Below are positions 25,350 to 37,662 of a DNA stretch of 64,000 nt, piece by piece. Below the pieces are notes generated by a model, which saw only the letters and a program-made list of their open reading frames with translations, made no database searches and was not told the origin of the DNA. The DNA comes from Chiloscyllium plagiosum (lineage: Eukaryota), in NCBI RefSeq assembly GCF_004010195.1, contig NC_057759.1:6923853-6987852 (forward strand). The letters are read 5' to 3'. Positions within the stretch are counted from its first letter, which is position 1. The number at the start of each line of letters is the position of its first letter. Position numbers and translations under genes: made by a program.

Positions 25350-26310
25350 TGGAAAGTTGGTCACAGAAATAGAAGATGGAGTTTCATCCACATTAATATG
25401 TGGTGATGCATTTTTGGGAGGTGAAATTCATGAGGAAAATATATAGTAAATGAGCAGCATCCTCAGGATCAATGATATATGGAGTGAATTTTAGCTGTAA
25501 GTCCATAGTTCTCTGAATGCCGCTACACCAGTGATTATGATGATAAAGAAGACATGCCCTGAAGAAGGGCTCATGCCCGAAACGTCGATTCTCCTGCTCC
25601 TTGGATGCTGCCTGACCTGCTGCGCTTTTCCAGCAACACATTTTCAGCTCTAAAGAAGACTTATGGAAAGCTTGCCTTCATCATTTGGAGCATTTTGTAT
25701 AAAGATTGGCAAGTCATGCTGCAGCTGTGTAAGACATCAGTTGGGCCACATTTGTGGGATTGTGTGCCGTTCTGGTCGCCACGTTTTACGAACGATATGG
25801 AGGCTGTGGAGAGTGTACAAAAGAGGTTTACTGGGATGTTGCCTGAATTGGAGTGTATTAGCTATGAAGACAGGTTGGCAGAAATTGTATTGTTTGTTTT
25901 TTTTTCGCTAAAGCAACAGCGGCGGATGGGCGACCTGATCAAAATATGTAGAATTATGAGAGATGTGGGCAGGATTGATAATTGGAAATGCCCCAGGGAG
26001 TAAGTGTCACATACTGAAGCACGGATGGTTAGATTTAAAGTGAGATGGGGAGAGTATAAAAGAAATGTGTGAGGAATGGTTTACTTGGAGTGTGAAAGGT
26101 GCCTGGGACGCGTTGCCAGGGGAAATGGTAAAAGCATACATCATAGCAGCTTTTAATAGGCATTTAGATGGACACACGCACAGGCAGGAACAGGGTGACA
26201 TGGACCATGTGCAAGCAGACGGGATCAGTTTACATGGCATTAGGGTTGTGCATAGCTATGGTGGTCCGAAGGGCCTGTTCCTATGCTCTACTGTACTATG
26301 CCCTATGAAT
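25350..26310 (+). mobile_element. CR1-clade LINE 3' portion (host of the 25554-25650 insertion)
   Basis: 'LKKTYGKLAFI...VMLQLCKTSVGPHLWDC...VQKRFTGMLP' in ORF 25605-26003. Confidence 0.85.
25554..25650 (+). mobile_element. 97-bp Penelope pLTR fragment with a hammerhead core and a 10-bp TSD
   Basis: TAAAGAAGAC at 25544-25553 and 25651-25660; core CTGAAGA-A-GGGC-TCAT-GCCC-GAAAC-GTC/GATT at 25559-25590. Confidence 0.85.
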
Positions 26311-28119
26311 TCAGAGACTCCACTCATGTTCTCGACTCGAATCCTGCCATGGCAGGTGGTGGAATCCGAATTCACGTGAAAAGAGAATGTATGTAACTCC
26401 AGCATCACAATCTTAACTTGCGTACTGAAGATTGAGAAAAGTAGGGATTTCTTCATTCAGAATATTATGACCCTTTGGAAGTCTTTATCATATAGAGCTG
26501 TGTGGGGGCAGAGTCATTATGTATATTAAAGCTGAGACAGATAGATCAGTTAAGAAATCAAGGGAAAGGGCAGGAAAGTTAAATGAGTGATGGTCCTATT
26601 GCAAGTTGGAGCAGGCCGAATAGACCAAATGACCTACTCCAGTTCCTGGTACTTATGGTCTTACTCTGTAATTGAAGCCTTAAAAGTGGAAAGATGAGAA
26701 GACAGGAACAAATGGCCAACGAGTCGAGGCAACACCTGAAGTTTTGTGTGTGCAGTTTGGGTCTCCTTATCCGATGAAGGGTATTGTGACTATAGAAGGA
26801 ATGTAGCGAAGGTTTCCCAGACTGATTCCTTGGGTGGCAGATGAAGAGAAAATGGATCAGGGAAGATTATATTCCGTATAGTTCACAAGAATGACAAGAG
26901 AATCTGATATGAACCTATAGAATTCTGTTAGGACTAGACAGGGTAGATGGTGGAAGGATACTGCTGATGGTGGATGAGTCCAGAACAAGGGCGTCTGGCT
27001 AAGGGTATAGGGTAGGCAATTTAGGAATGTGATAGGGAGAAATGTCTTTCTCCCACAGAGTGTTGAACATAGTTGTTGCATCCCAAGCCATTGCGCTTTG
27101 AGGAAGAATAGCATTCATGTGTCTTAAGGGAAATGGAGCAGAGGGCAACATGAGGAGATTGAGTTCAATGATCAGCAACAAACACATCGAATGGGCACAG
27201 CAAGCTTGATGGGCAGAATGACCTCCTCCTGTTCCTAGATTCTACGTTTCTGTATTGAAGATAAGTTGTCAGCGACAGTCAAGGAAAATACGCTGAACTA
27301 TCAATGAAGGGCAACTCAGTGGTTCCTTCAAGGAATCACAGTGAAATTCACCGTTGACCAGATCATCTCCTTGGAAGCAGCTCACAATTGAAGCAATTGC
27401 TTTCCCGAGATCTTAGATTTTTAAATCTTGTATCCAGACCATTCAGGAGGGATGTTAGGAACCACTTCTGCATGCAAAGCTTGGTAGTGGTTTAGAACTC
27501 TCTTCCACAACTGACAGTGGACGCTGGATCAATTGTTAGTTTTATTTCTGAAAGAGAGGTTTTTTCATTAAGTAAAGGTATAAAAGGGATAGGGACCAAA
27601 GGTAAGTCTACAGTGTTAGCCCACAGATTGGCCATTGAATGGTGTAACAAGCTCGAAGCCCTGAATGGTTTAATCCTTATGTCCCCTGTCAAATCGTATC
27701 TGTCAGTTCAAGTGAATGCATCTTATTCTTAGCCTCCATAAATGTACACTCATTTATTAGTGGATCCAGTCAGTGTGCGTTTACCTGCATCACGTGGCAG
27801 TGGATGAATTGTAACAAATCTTAATCTAGTTAAGGGGAAATCCTTGAAGTGTGAGCTCAAAGGAACATTGGGAGATGAGTAGGCCATTCAGCCCTTTGAA
27901 ACTGTGCCATTATTGATGTATCAAGGGCACAGTGATTTCCTGGTCTTCAAATACAATTTATGACTCATGCCAGATTTCAGATTTAATTCCTGGTCCGTGC
28001 CTGAGCCAGCCAATACCTCGACAGTGCATTTCCTGTTGATGAAGACACAGAACGAGCAAAGCCAGCTGAAGCAGCCTGGCTATCACTGGATTCACAACAT
28101 AGTGAATTTTTCAAAAAAC

Positions 28120-28740
28120 TTCTTTATCAATGGTGCTCAGGTGGAAGTGACAAAGAGCTTTAATATCCTAGGAGTAAATATTGTCAATCATTTGTTCTGT
28201 TCCATCCATAACAACACGATAGTCAAGAAATCACATAAATGTCTCTACGCCCTATCTACAGTGACTTTTCCAAATTTTGATGTGTGCACTATAGAAAGCA
28301 TCCTCCCTGGCTGTATTAGAATGCGGTATGGCTACTGCTTTGCCCAAGATCACAAAGAATTACAAAGAGTTGTGAACTCAGCCGAGTCAAACATGAAAAT
28401 TAACTTTTCACGCAATGACTGTCTATCCTTCCCAATGACTTAGGAAATCAACGAATATAATCAAAGACCCTTCACACTATAGTTATTACCCTTCCATTCC
28501 CTTCCATCAGGCTGAAGACACAAAAGTTTGAAAGCATATATCAACAGAATTAATAACACCTTCTTCTCTGCTGGTATCGCATTATGAAATGGGTCTCTCT
28601 TATCTTTCTCTACACCTACTAACGACAACACGATATTCTGTATTCAGTTCGAGTACCCTGATGTACTTATGCAAGATAATTTTGTTGTGATTAGCATGCA
28701 AAACAATGTTTTTCACATTATCTCTGATTCCACATGGTGG
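28120..28740 (+). mobile_element. Rex1/Babar-like non-LTR retrotransposon 3' end
   Basis: ORF 27967-28443 contains 'INGAQVEVTKSFNILGVNI...IVKKSHKCLY...CTIESILPGCI..RYG...QDHKELQRVVNSAE'. Confidence 0.75.
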
Positions 28741-28959
28741 CAGCAGAGTAAGGAGTGCGTGGACTCCTGTGCTTGAGCTCGTCATCTCCGTCTGTACTTC
28801 ACCTTTTCTTTACCTTTTCTCTTTCTTCCCCTATTATCTCAAAGTTACCTACTGCAAAGAGCTCTTAGGCAGGTGGCGACTTCGATGGACTCCAGAGCAG
28901 TGGAAGCGTCTTCAGAGACAGCGTGGCTACAGAACCAGTCAGTCTATGAAACCTGAGGC

Positions 28960-29400
28960 AGGACTTCCATGGCCTGGGCACCTCGAGGCGGCACAGCATG
29001 TGCTGGAAGCCTGGGGCAGGATCCTCTTTATGGCATGGTGCAGGTTGGAAAGCTCGAAGGCTACATGGTGTGGATCAGAAAGCCCAAAGCGAGGCACTCT
29101 CAGCTGCATGTTGTGGGCTGGAAATCCCGGATCTGGACACTCTCGGCTGCATTGTGTGGGCTAGGAAGCCTGGAATGGGAACACTCCGAGCAAAATGCGT
29201 GGGCTAGGGAACTCGGAGTGGAATACACTCAGCTGCATGGTGTGGGCTGGGAAGCCAGGAGGAAGGCATTCCCGGCTGTATGGCATGGACTGAGAAGCTA
29301 GGAAGGGAAGACTCTCAGCTACATGGTGTGGGCTGGAAAGCCAGGATGTGTCACTCTCAGCTGCAATGGAGTAGGCTCGGAAGCCACAGCCGGACTCTGC
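28960..29400 (+). repeat. Diverged ~43-bp minisatellite, about 9-10 units
   Basis: Recurring unit 'actctcagctgcatggtgtgggctgg(a/g)aagcc.gga'. Confidence 0.85.
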
Positions 29401-29794
29401 TCATGGTATGATGTAGCTGCTCAAAATGAGTAGTTGGATTTTTTTTTTAAAAGTTTTACTCAAAGTTAATATGAATGGTGTCTATTCATAGGCGATGGTA
29501 TGGACTTCATGGTATTTTTATATTGAACGCACGTGACATAAATGATATTCTCATAATAAACCAAATTAAATAAAATGAATGATCCTCAAAATTATCCGAT
29601 TATTCCTAATTTTGCATTTAGCCAAGGGCCCTAATAGGATTCTGTCTACAATGGAACAGTTGAAGTTTGGTGTTTAAATAATGCGTTAGCATGTTAAGTA
29701 TTTCCCCAGTGCAGAGCTATGCCAATTCATCTATTGTTGTATTTTGAATGTGTCGTGAGAATACAATGTGTTTTGATTAAACCTTAGCAGTGGA

Positions 29795-30550
29795 CCAATT
29801 GAATCATGTCTGGTACAGACATGTTACACTTGCCTTTATAAAACTATAGCCCTCAATACTATGAATGGCACCTCCAACCTTTGTGTCGTCTGTACATTTA
29901 CTACCCCACCCCTCAATCTCCTCATCCAAAACTACAAAAGTGTATATAAAATACTCTTTATAAAAACTACAAAGTACAGAGGCCCAAGAAAAGAGCCCCG
30001 CGGGACACCACTTAACACTGACGTCCAGGCGGAATATTTTCCATAAAGAACCACTTTCTGCTTTCTGTCAGCCAACCATTTCTGAATCCAGATAGCCAAA
30101 TCTTCCTTTATCCCATACCTCCTGACTTTATGAATGAGTCTACCATGGGGAACGTTATCAAATGCCTTGCTTAAATCCATATACACCACATACACTGCTC
30201 GACCTTTGTCGACCTGTCTTGTCACATCCTCGAAGAAGTCAATAAGATTAGCTCGTCACGACCCTCACAAAGCCATGTTGAATGCCTTTAATCACGATCT
30301 GCTTTTTCAAATAGTCATAAATCCTATCACTCAAAATTATTTCCAAAACCTTGCTTACCACAGGCGTAAGATTGACTGGTTTGTAATTGCCAGGGATTTC
30401 CCAATGACCTTTCTTGAAAACAGCAACAGCAATCGCCTCATTCAAATCCTCTGGTATTACTCCTGTCGAGATTGAGGAAACAAAGTCCTTCACCAATGGC
30501 TTAGTAGCCACCTTTCTCGCTTCCCAGAACAACCTAGAATAAATCTGGCG
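29795..30550 (-). mobile_element. CR1-clade LINE RT fragment
   Basis: ORFs 30248-30532 and 29932-30225: 'PGNYKPVNLTPVVSKVLE', 'VVYMDLSKAFDNVPHGRL', 'SGVPRGSFLGP'. Confidence 0.95.
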
Positions 30551-30759
30551 TTTTTAAATGATAAGTCATGATCAGAGACATACAAATAGGTCAGTATGCC
30601 TGCGACTCAAATAAAAAAAGTCAGTGTGGAGTCTGGACTTTTGTTTCTGGAGTGTTAGGCTTAAGAATGATATTTTTGAAACGGTTGTTAATGGTTAATT
30701 GGAAATGTCAATGAGCAGATGAAGGAAAATGCATGAATAACAGGCTTAGTGAATAAGCA

Positions 30760-33430
30760 AAATAAAAACTGAAACAACCGTGGATGCTGTACATCGGACA
30801 TTATAACTGAAGTTGCTGGAAAAGCACAGCAGGCCTGGCAGCACCTCTGAAGAAAAATCAAAGTTAACATTTCGGGTCTAGTGACCCTTCCTTCGAACTG
30901 ATGGAAATTAGGAAAATGTCGATTTAAATGCAGAAGCTAGGGTGAGGGAAGGGGGTTGAGAAGTAAACGATATGTAGATGTACAGCCCAAAGAGAAGGAA
31001 AAAAACAATTGGACAGACAAAGGAGTCGATAACGATTTGACTGGGAGGGTGAATAGTTGTTAATGTAGACTGTTAGTGACTAACAATATGTCGTGTGTAA
31101 TGACAGACTATGTGATAACAAGCCTGGTGTGATAGGTTGGAGGTTAGGTCATGGGGGAGTTCAGGCGCTAAAACGCTTGAACTCCATGTTGAGTCCGAAG
31201 ATCTGCAGAGTCCCCAAGTGAGAAAATGTGGTGCTGTTGTTCCAGCTTGAACTGAGTTTCGCTGATACACTGCAGCAAGCCTGAGACAGAGATGATGGCC
31301 AGTGGACAGGATTGTTTGTTAAAGTGGTAGGCACCCGGAAGCTCAGTGTCTTTTTTTTTTAAAAGAGAACACAGATAATTTCTCATCTGGTGCAGTCCTT
31401 GCACACGTATGTTCTTTGATGTTTTTCATCAGATTGAGAATTTCCAGTTTACAGGCTCCATCTGCCTCGTATATACATGGTCGTACAATTCCTTCACACG
31501 TCCATCCTGGATGATCTCAGGGTTCTCTGCTTCCTGCTTGAGCAAAGGCCTGAACCGAGCCACTCACCACCACCCTCCTCTGCTTGGCCACCCTCAACAC
31601 ATTTTCTTTTAACTCCTGTCGTTTTCTTCAGTTCAGAAGGGTGTCCAGGGATACACGCATGGGCCCCAGTTATGTTTGTCTTATCATGGGATACGGGGAA
31701 CAGTATTTGTTCCAGTCCTATTTAGGCCCCTGCCCTCAACTCTCTCCTATATATCGATTATATTATTGGTGCTGTTTCCATCTCTCATTTGAAATTGGAA
31801 AAGTTAATCGATTTCGCTTCCAATATCCACCCCACCCTCACTTCTGTCTCTGACTCCTCCCATCCCTTCCTTGACATCTCTGTTTCCATTTCTGTGGATA
31901 GATTGGTCACAAATATTCAGATAAACCTACCGATTCCAACAGCTGTCTGAACTGTACATCCTCCAACGCCGTTTTCTGTAAATATTCTATTCCATTCTCC
32001 CACTTCCTGTGCTTCCATTACATATATTCAGTTCAGGCCAACTTTGAGAAGGGAGCCTCTGAAATGTCGGCCTGATTTCTCAATGGAGGAATCCTCAGTA
32101 ACATTGTTGACAGAGCCGTTAACCACGTTCGAACCATCTCCTGCATTTCTGCCCTCACACCCTTTCTTACCTTCCACAATAGGGGGTAGGGTTCCCCTTG
32201 TCCTTACCGACCATCCCACCACCATCCACGTCCATAAGATCATCAGTCACAATTTCCGTCACTTCTAGCTAGATGCCACCATCAGACACATATTCCTCTC
32301 CCCTCCACTGTCCACCTTCCGCTCAGACTATTCTCTCCAGGGCAGTCTAGTCCACTGTTCCTTCACTCCTAACACGCCTTACCTCCACAACTTCATAAAA
32401 CCTTCCCTTGCAACTTTCAAAATTATTACACATCCCGATTGAAATGGGGGCGCCACGCTGGCTCAGTGGTTAGCACCGCTGCCTCACAGCACCAGGGTCC
32501 CTCGTTCGATTCCAGCCTAGGGTCTCTGTCTGTGTGGAGTTTGCACATTCTCCCCGTGCCTGTGTGGGTTTCCTCTGGTGCCCTGGTTTCCTCCCACAAT
32601 CCAAAGATGTGCAGGGCAAGTGAATTGGTCATGGTAAATTGCCGTAGTGTTAGATGCGTTAGTCAGAGGGGAAACGGGTCTGGGTGGGTTGCTTTACAGA
32701 GTGCCTGTTTCCACACTGTAGGGATTGTAATCTTAACTTCTTTCCCCTCTGTACCCAAGTGGCCAAACATACCTTCAGATGGAGCTGTACTTTACCTGCA
32801 TTTCTCACATCTAGTCCACTGCATTCACTGCTCACAATGTGCTCTCCTCTACATTGCAGAAACGAGGCATAGACTGAGTGACTGTTTCGCAGAACATCTA
32901 CATTGTGTCTGTAAAAAAAAAGACCCCGAGCTTCCAGCTCCCAGTTGGACACAACACCCTGTCTCAGGTTGGCTGCAGTGTTCCAGTGAAGCTCAGCAGA
33001 AGCTGGAAGAGCAAAACTTTATTTTTAATTGGGGACACTGCAAATCTCTGGAAACAATATTGTATTTAGTTCAATAATTTTAGGGACAAAGCTCCCCTGT
33101 GTCCTAGCCCCTGTCCCAAGCTTGTTATCACATGATCTGTCATTACACACTACCTATTGTTAGCCACGAATAGTCTCAGTTAACAACTAGCCATCCTCCC
33201 AGTCAGTTCGTTTCCGACTCCTTTTTCAGTCCAACTGTTCTTCTTTCTCTTTGGTTTCTATCCCTCCATAACATTTACTCCTCTCCCCCACTGCCGTGCA
33301 ATCTTCCGCATCTAAACTGACATTCCCCGAGTTACCATTAGTTTTGAGGAAGGTTCACTGGACCTGAAACGTTAACTCTGATTTTCTTCACAGATGCTGC
33401 TGAGATATTTCAGCAACTTCTGTTTTTGTT
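30760..33430 (+). mobile_element. Penelope-like retroelement (RT C-terminus plus GIY-YIG endonuclease) with an inverted 5' copy of its own 3' end
   Basis: 'TRMGPSYVCLIMGY' (RT) in ORF 31584-31853; 'LVHCIHCSQCALLYIAETRHRLSDCFAEHL' (GIY-YIG) in ORF 32439-33077; 30760-31390 is a reverse-complement paralog of ~32890-33430; hammerhead motifs at 30862-30899 (-) and 33340-33377 (+). Confidence 0.9.
32445..32733 (+). mobile_element. HE1-type SINE nested in the Penelope-like element
   Basis: 'ggctcagtggttagcaccgctgcctcacagc' head and 'cctgtttccacactgtagggatt' tail. Confidence 0.9.
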
Positions 33431-34539
33431 AGTGTGTAAGCCGACTGTTTTGATTAGCATTAAGCTTGCCTTTTTTAAGGCATAGGCTGTTTTGCGGCAA
33501 CAGTTAGACATCTTTGTTATCACCAAGTACAAAGGAAGGCTTGGGAACATGTTCAGAAAGGCAATGCAGCACGCAATTTCAGATTCAGGACAGTACATTA
33601 AGGGCGTTTCCCAGCTGTGGGAATCCTTTGCTGTGGGACAAAAACATTGGGCCGGGTCATGTGACTTGGAAGGTTGTCTCTCGCTCCAAGTGCGAGGTGT
33701 CACCCAGGCGTAAGACAAGGCAGGGAGACTCAATTATTGAATATATCTAAAGACGTTTAAGTTCGTAGATTTGTTCAGTAGTTTTTACATCTCTAAATTA
33801 GGCTGCATTAATAAATCATGTCACTGTGAAGGCCAATGTACAGATTGCTTTCTAAACGATCTGTTGTGTCTGCAGTGCACTTTTCCAGCGATCGGTGCAG
33901 AAGGGAAGTCTGGTGTAATATTCCCCTGTCTTAGTTCACAGACAATCAGATAATTGTCCACCTTCCTATATTTGCTGCCAAACTGCATTTCTGCTCTTTG
34001 CCGTCAAAAGCTACCTAGAATTTAAGTAACCATCTGCCAGCAGGTACTTGACGCAAATTATTTTAAAAATGGGCTACTGGACATTGATATATTCGGGAGA
34101 GAAAACAACCATGATCCAAGGCGCAGGATTTAGGGAATAACTCCCACTTTGACTGTATCGATGCTCATAAACTGCCTTGGAAGCCAAATAAACTTTGCAT
34201 GCCACATGATTAGCATCTTCCCCTTCCAATCTGTAATTCCACGCTGTGAACACCATGGGCAGTGACAGTAAAGTGTGTGTGTGTGTGTACTTGTTCTCAG
34301 TTTCAGACAAAGCTAACTTATTTATCTCACATTCGTGTGAAACTTGGAAGTTGTGTTAGTGGATTTCAATCCTTTCTGTTTTCTCTCTCTAGCTGAAGGG
34401 AAGATACAATGGCAACAAGGCCATTACTTAATCGTGGATATGCCATAAATGTTGAGATGTTGTCTCCAGTGAGACATTTCCTCTGTCAGGAGTGACACAT
34501 GTGCAATGTCGTACGATGTCCTCCAGTTTGTTTTGATAA

Positions 34540-34762
34540 AGGAAAGTTTCCAGTCACAGTTCTGTCTATTATACATTGGGAGTGAAATGCAAATTCAAGA
34601 AGCAGTGATACCTACCCGTCTGAAATAGCAATATTGTTTCATTTCAGTGCTCATTTTCAGTTTATATTTTGTTGCAAATGCAACACTGCTTTCACGCATC
34701 TTACAAAAACAAGCAGTCCACTGCCTGTGCTAAGAGACTTTTTTTTTAAAAAAAGGAAGTAA
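34540..34762 (+). promoter_or_regulatory. Candidate promoter of the FCRL-like gene (NF-kB-like, octamer and ETS/PU.1 motifs)
   Basis: GGAAAGTTTCC 34541-34551; ATGCAAAT 34587-34594; AAAAGGAAGT 34751-34760; lies in a repeat-poor island just upstream of GTAAGT donors. Confidence 0.45.
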
Positions 34763-34949
34763 CACACAGATTCTTGCAGAGTTTGTCAGTCTTGCTCAGT
34801 CGCTCTGTGAGGATAGAGGCGCTTGAAGACTCTGCTAGCTTCAGGACTGTAACTTTTCGGGGAAGAATCCACACTTATCCCTCCATGACACGATTTGTTA
34901 TGTGCAATCATTATCTGGAATTTCACGTTCCATCAAACCAGCGGTGTAA
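34763..34949 (+). other. Candidate first non-coding exon (start unknown)
   Basis: Ends in overlapping donors GTAAGT at 34946 and 34950; directly follows the ETS motif. Confidence 0.4.
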
Positions 34950-35133
34950 GTAAGTCAGAAAGTGATTTTGATGTGTCTGAAAACTGATAAAAATTTAGTG
35001 GGAAGCACTTTCAGATAGTATAGCATTTCAGTGTATTATTTGATTGTTATTTCAACCGAGGTGTTGTCGAACTAGTGCATTCTTTTCCCACAAGGGTTAA
35101 GGTTTAATGTATGTGATTTCATCTTATTTTTAG

Positions 35134-35174
35134 CTTTTAAACATTACTGGGGATAACTCCATAGATATATGAAG
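35134..35174 (+). other. Candidate 41-nt 5'UTR exon
   Basis: Acceptor 'tttcatcttatttttag' and donor 'AAG|gtaaga'. Confidence 0.45.
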
Positions 35175-35559
35175 GTAAGAAAGTAAATCATGCATATTAA
35201 ACTGGTCTCAGAAGTTGCAGTTTTAATGAATGGCACAATTTTAATGGAAGTATACTACACTGTGAAAAAAATGACATTCGAAATTTAAGCAGCAAATGTC
35301 ATATTGTCATATTTATCTATCTATCTATGTTCACATGCACCATTTCTCGAATTTGACTCCACCTTACTTGCAGTATATGAGAAATAAACAAAGTCGCTAA
35401 TGCTGCTTCTCCAGACCAGGGGTTACATTAAAAATGTGTGGTAGCTGTCTTTTACACAAGCATATAATTGCCAGATATCTTCACTGGAAATCTTTGCTTT
35501 CATGAGCCTTGACTCAGTCGTTGATAACCTTCAATTCCTCCCGTAGACAAAGAATAGCT

Positions 35560-36060
35560 TGGACCTAATCTCACACGTTTGGAATATTGTGTGCCAATTT
35601 TGGAATATAATGTTGCCAGGATTTGGAAGTTTTGAGCCATGTAGAGAGGTTGAGTAGTCTGGGGCTGTTTTCATTGGAGCATCGGAGGCTGAGGTTATAA
35701 GATCATCAGGCGCATGGATAGGATAAATAGATAAGTTCTTTTCCTTGGGGTGGGGAAGGGGGCTCAGAACTAGAGGGCACAGGTTAAGGGCGAGAAGGGA
35801 AACATATCAAAGGCACCTAAGGGTCAACCTTTTCATGCAAAGGATGGTGTGTGTATAGAATGAACTGCAAGAGAAATGTGGTGGAACAATTAAAACAATT
35901 AGAAGACACTTGGATGGGTATATGAATAAGAGGTGTTCAGACAGATATTGTCCAGGTGCTGGCAAATGGGACTGGATGATGTTAGGATATCTGGTGGGCA
36001 TGGACAGGTTGGACCAAAGGGTCTGCTTCTGTGCTGTACGTCTCTTTGCCTCCATGACTA
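35560..36060 (+). mobile_element. CR1-clade LINE 3' end
   Basis: 'ggggctgttttcattggagcatcggaggctgagg' and a HER1-like 3' tail. Confidence 0.8.
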
Positions 36061-36199
36061 CATTTACATGTCTACTGCATTAATTCAGAGATCAAGTCTT
36101 GGAGCCATCAAGTCTGTGTATTGTAGATTTCAAAGGTGTGTTTCATTGTAAGAGAAGGAAATTGCTTGAGTGTATTTCTAAGAGAAAAGAAACCGAAAA

Positions 36200-36860
36200 T
36201 GTTATTTTTGCAACAGCGGAACGCAGGAATATGAGTCGGCCATCAGTCCCAATGAATATAATCATGGCTGGTCCAGCACTTCAATACATTTTACACAATC
36301 TATTCCCATAACCCAGTAAACAATTGTCAACAAAAATCTATCATCCTCTACCCTAAACATACACAGCGATGGTGTGACCTTCGCTCCCTGTACGTACAGA
36401 TTTCTATAGGATTACAATCCACAGAGCAAAATAAAACAAGCCCTTATCTCAGACCAAAGCCTCAGTTGCTTTAAATTTCTACCTGGTTCAAGATATCCCC
36501 CACCACCAAATAGTACACCCATATCTACCATGTCCCCTCCTTTAAGGACTGTGTTACTGAATTTTCAATGATATAATCGCTCATCCGTCCCGTCTCCAGG
36601 TAACACAAGCCCAGTTTGCCACTCTCCCTTGGATTTTGCACCCATTCCAGAGACATATCTGGTGAACCTTTTCTGACCCTGTCTCCACATGGAAATAACA
36701 TCTTCCCTGAGATAAGGAGACCCAAGATGTACGAAATTCTGCAGGTGCAGCCTAAGCAAATTCTGGTGTGTTTGAAACACGACATCACTCCTGCTATACT
36801 CAAATCCTCTTGTAACAAAGAATAACATTCCATAATCCCTCCTAAAACCATAATCAACCA
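36200..36860 (-). mobile_element. CR1-clade LINE 3' end
   Basis: ORF 36565-36861 'RGFEYSRSDV...SPYLREDV...QKRFTR'. Confidence 0.75.
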
Positions 36861-37096
36861 TTAAGCAAGGAATCAGAGATTTCGATAAGACAGTTCAACT
36901 CTAATCATGGCTAAATTTAATTGACATAGATAGTCGACAAATCAAAATGCTGCTGCATTTTCCATGAAGACGCCCGTGTATTTGTTTTTATTCATTTCAG
37001 GGATGTAGGGGTCACTAGATGTACAGTATTGATTGCTCATTCCTAATTATCCTTGAGAACGTTATGAGCCACATTCTTGAAGAGTGGTTGAGTCAG

Positions 37097-37584
37097 TGCG
37101 TGTGTCTGTCCACGCATATATGTGTGTTTGTATAAGTGAATGTGTGTCTGTGTGTGCGTGTGTGTGTGTATGTATGTGCTTGTATGAGTGCTTGNNNNNN
37201 NNNNNNNNNNNNNNNNNNNNNNNNNNNNNNNNNNNNNNNNNNNNNNNNNNNNNNNNNNNNNNNNNNNNNNNNNNNNNNNNNNNNNNNNNNNNNNNNNNNN
37301 NNNNNNNNNNNNNNNNNNNNNNNNNNNNNNNNNNNNNNNNNNNNNNNNNNNNNNNNNNNNNNNNNNNNNNNNNNNNNNNNNNNNNNNNNNNNNNNNNNNN
37401 NNNNNNNNNNNNNNNNNNNNNNNNNNNNNNNNNNNNNNNNNNNNNNNNNNNNNNNNNNNNNNNNNNNNNNNNNNNNNNNNNNNNNNNNNNNNNNNNNNNN
37501 NNNNNNNNNNNNNNNNNNNNNNNNNNNNNNNNNNNNNNNNNNNNNNNNNNNNNNNNNNNNNNNNNNNNNNNNNNNNNNNNNNNN

Positions 37585-37660
<76 letters not shown>
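37097..37660. repeat. (TG)-rich tract, 390-N assembly gap (37195-37584) and (AG)n microsatellite (37585-37660)
   Basis: Direct reading. Confidence 0.95.

Positions 37661-37662
<2 letters not shown>

Noticed and set aside
28960..29400. Repeat with conserved and variable parts resembling a CRISPR array
   Set aside because: Eukaryotic context, the variable parts are homologous to each other, the repeats are degenerate and no cas genes are present; it is a minisatellite
32439..33077. 212-aa ORF as a novel host gene
   Set aside because: Chance read-through of an HE1 SINE into a decayed Penelope GIY-YIG domain
34370..34500. Strong acceptor-like tract 'ttctgttttctctctctag' followed by an ATG
   Set aside because: Short ORF with no recognisable product and no convincing donor; cannot be tied to the gene
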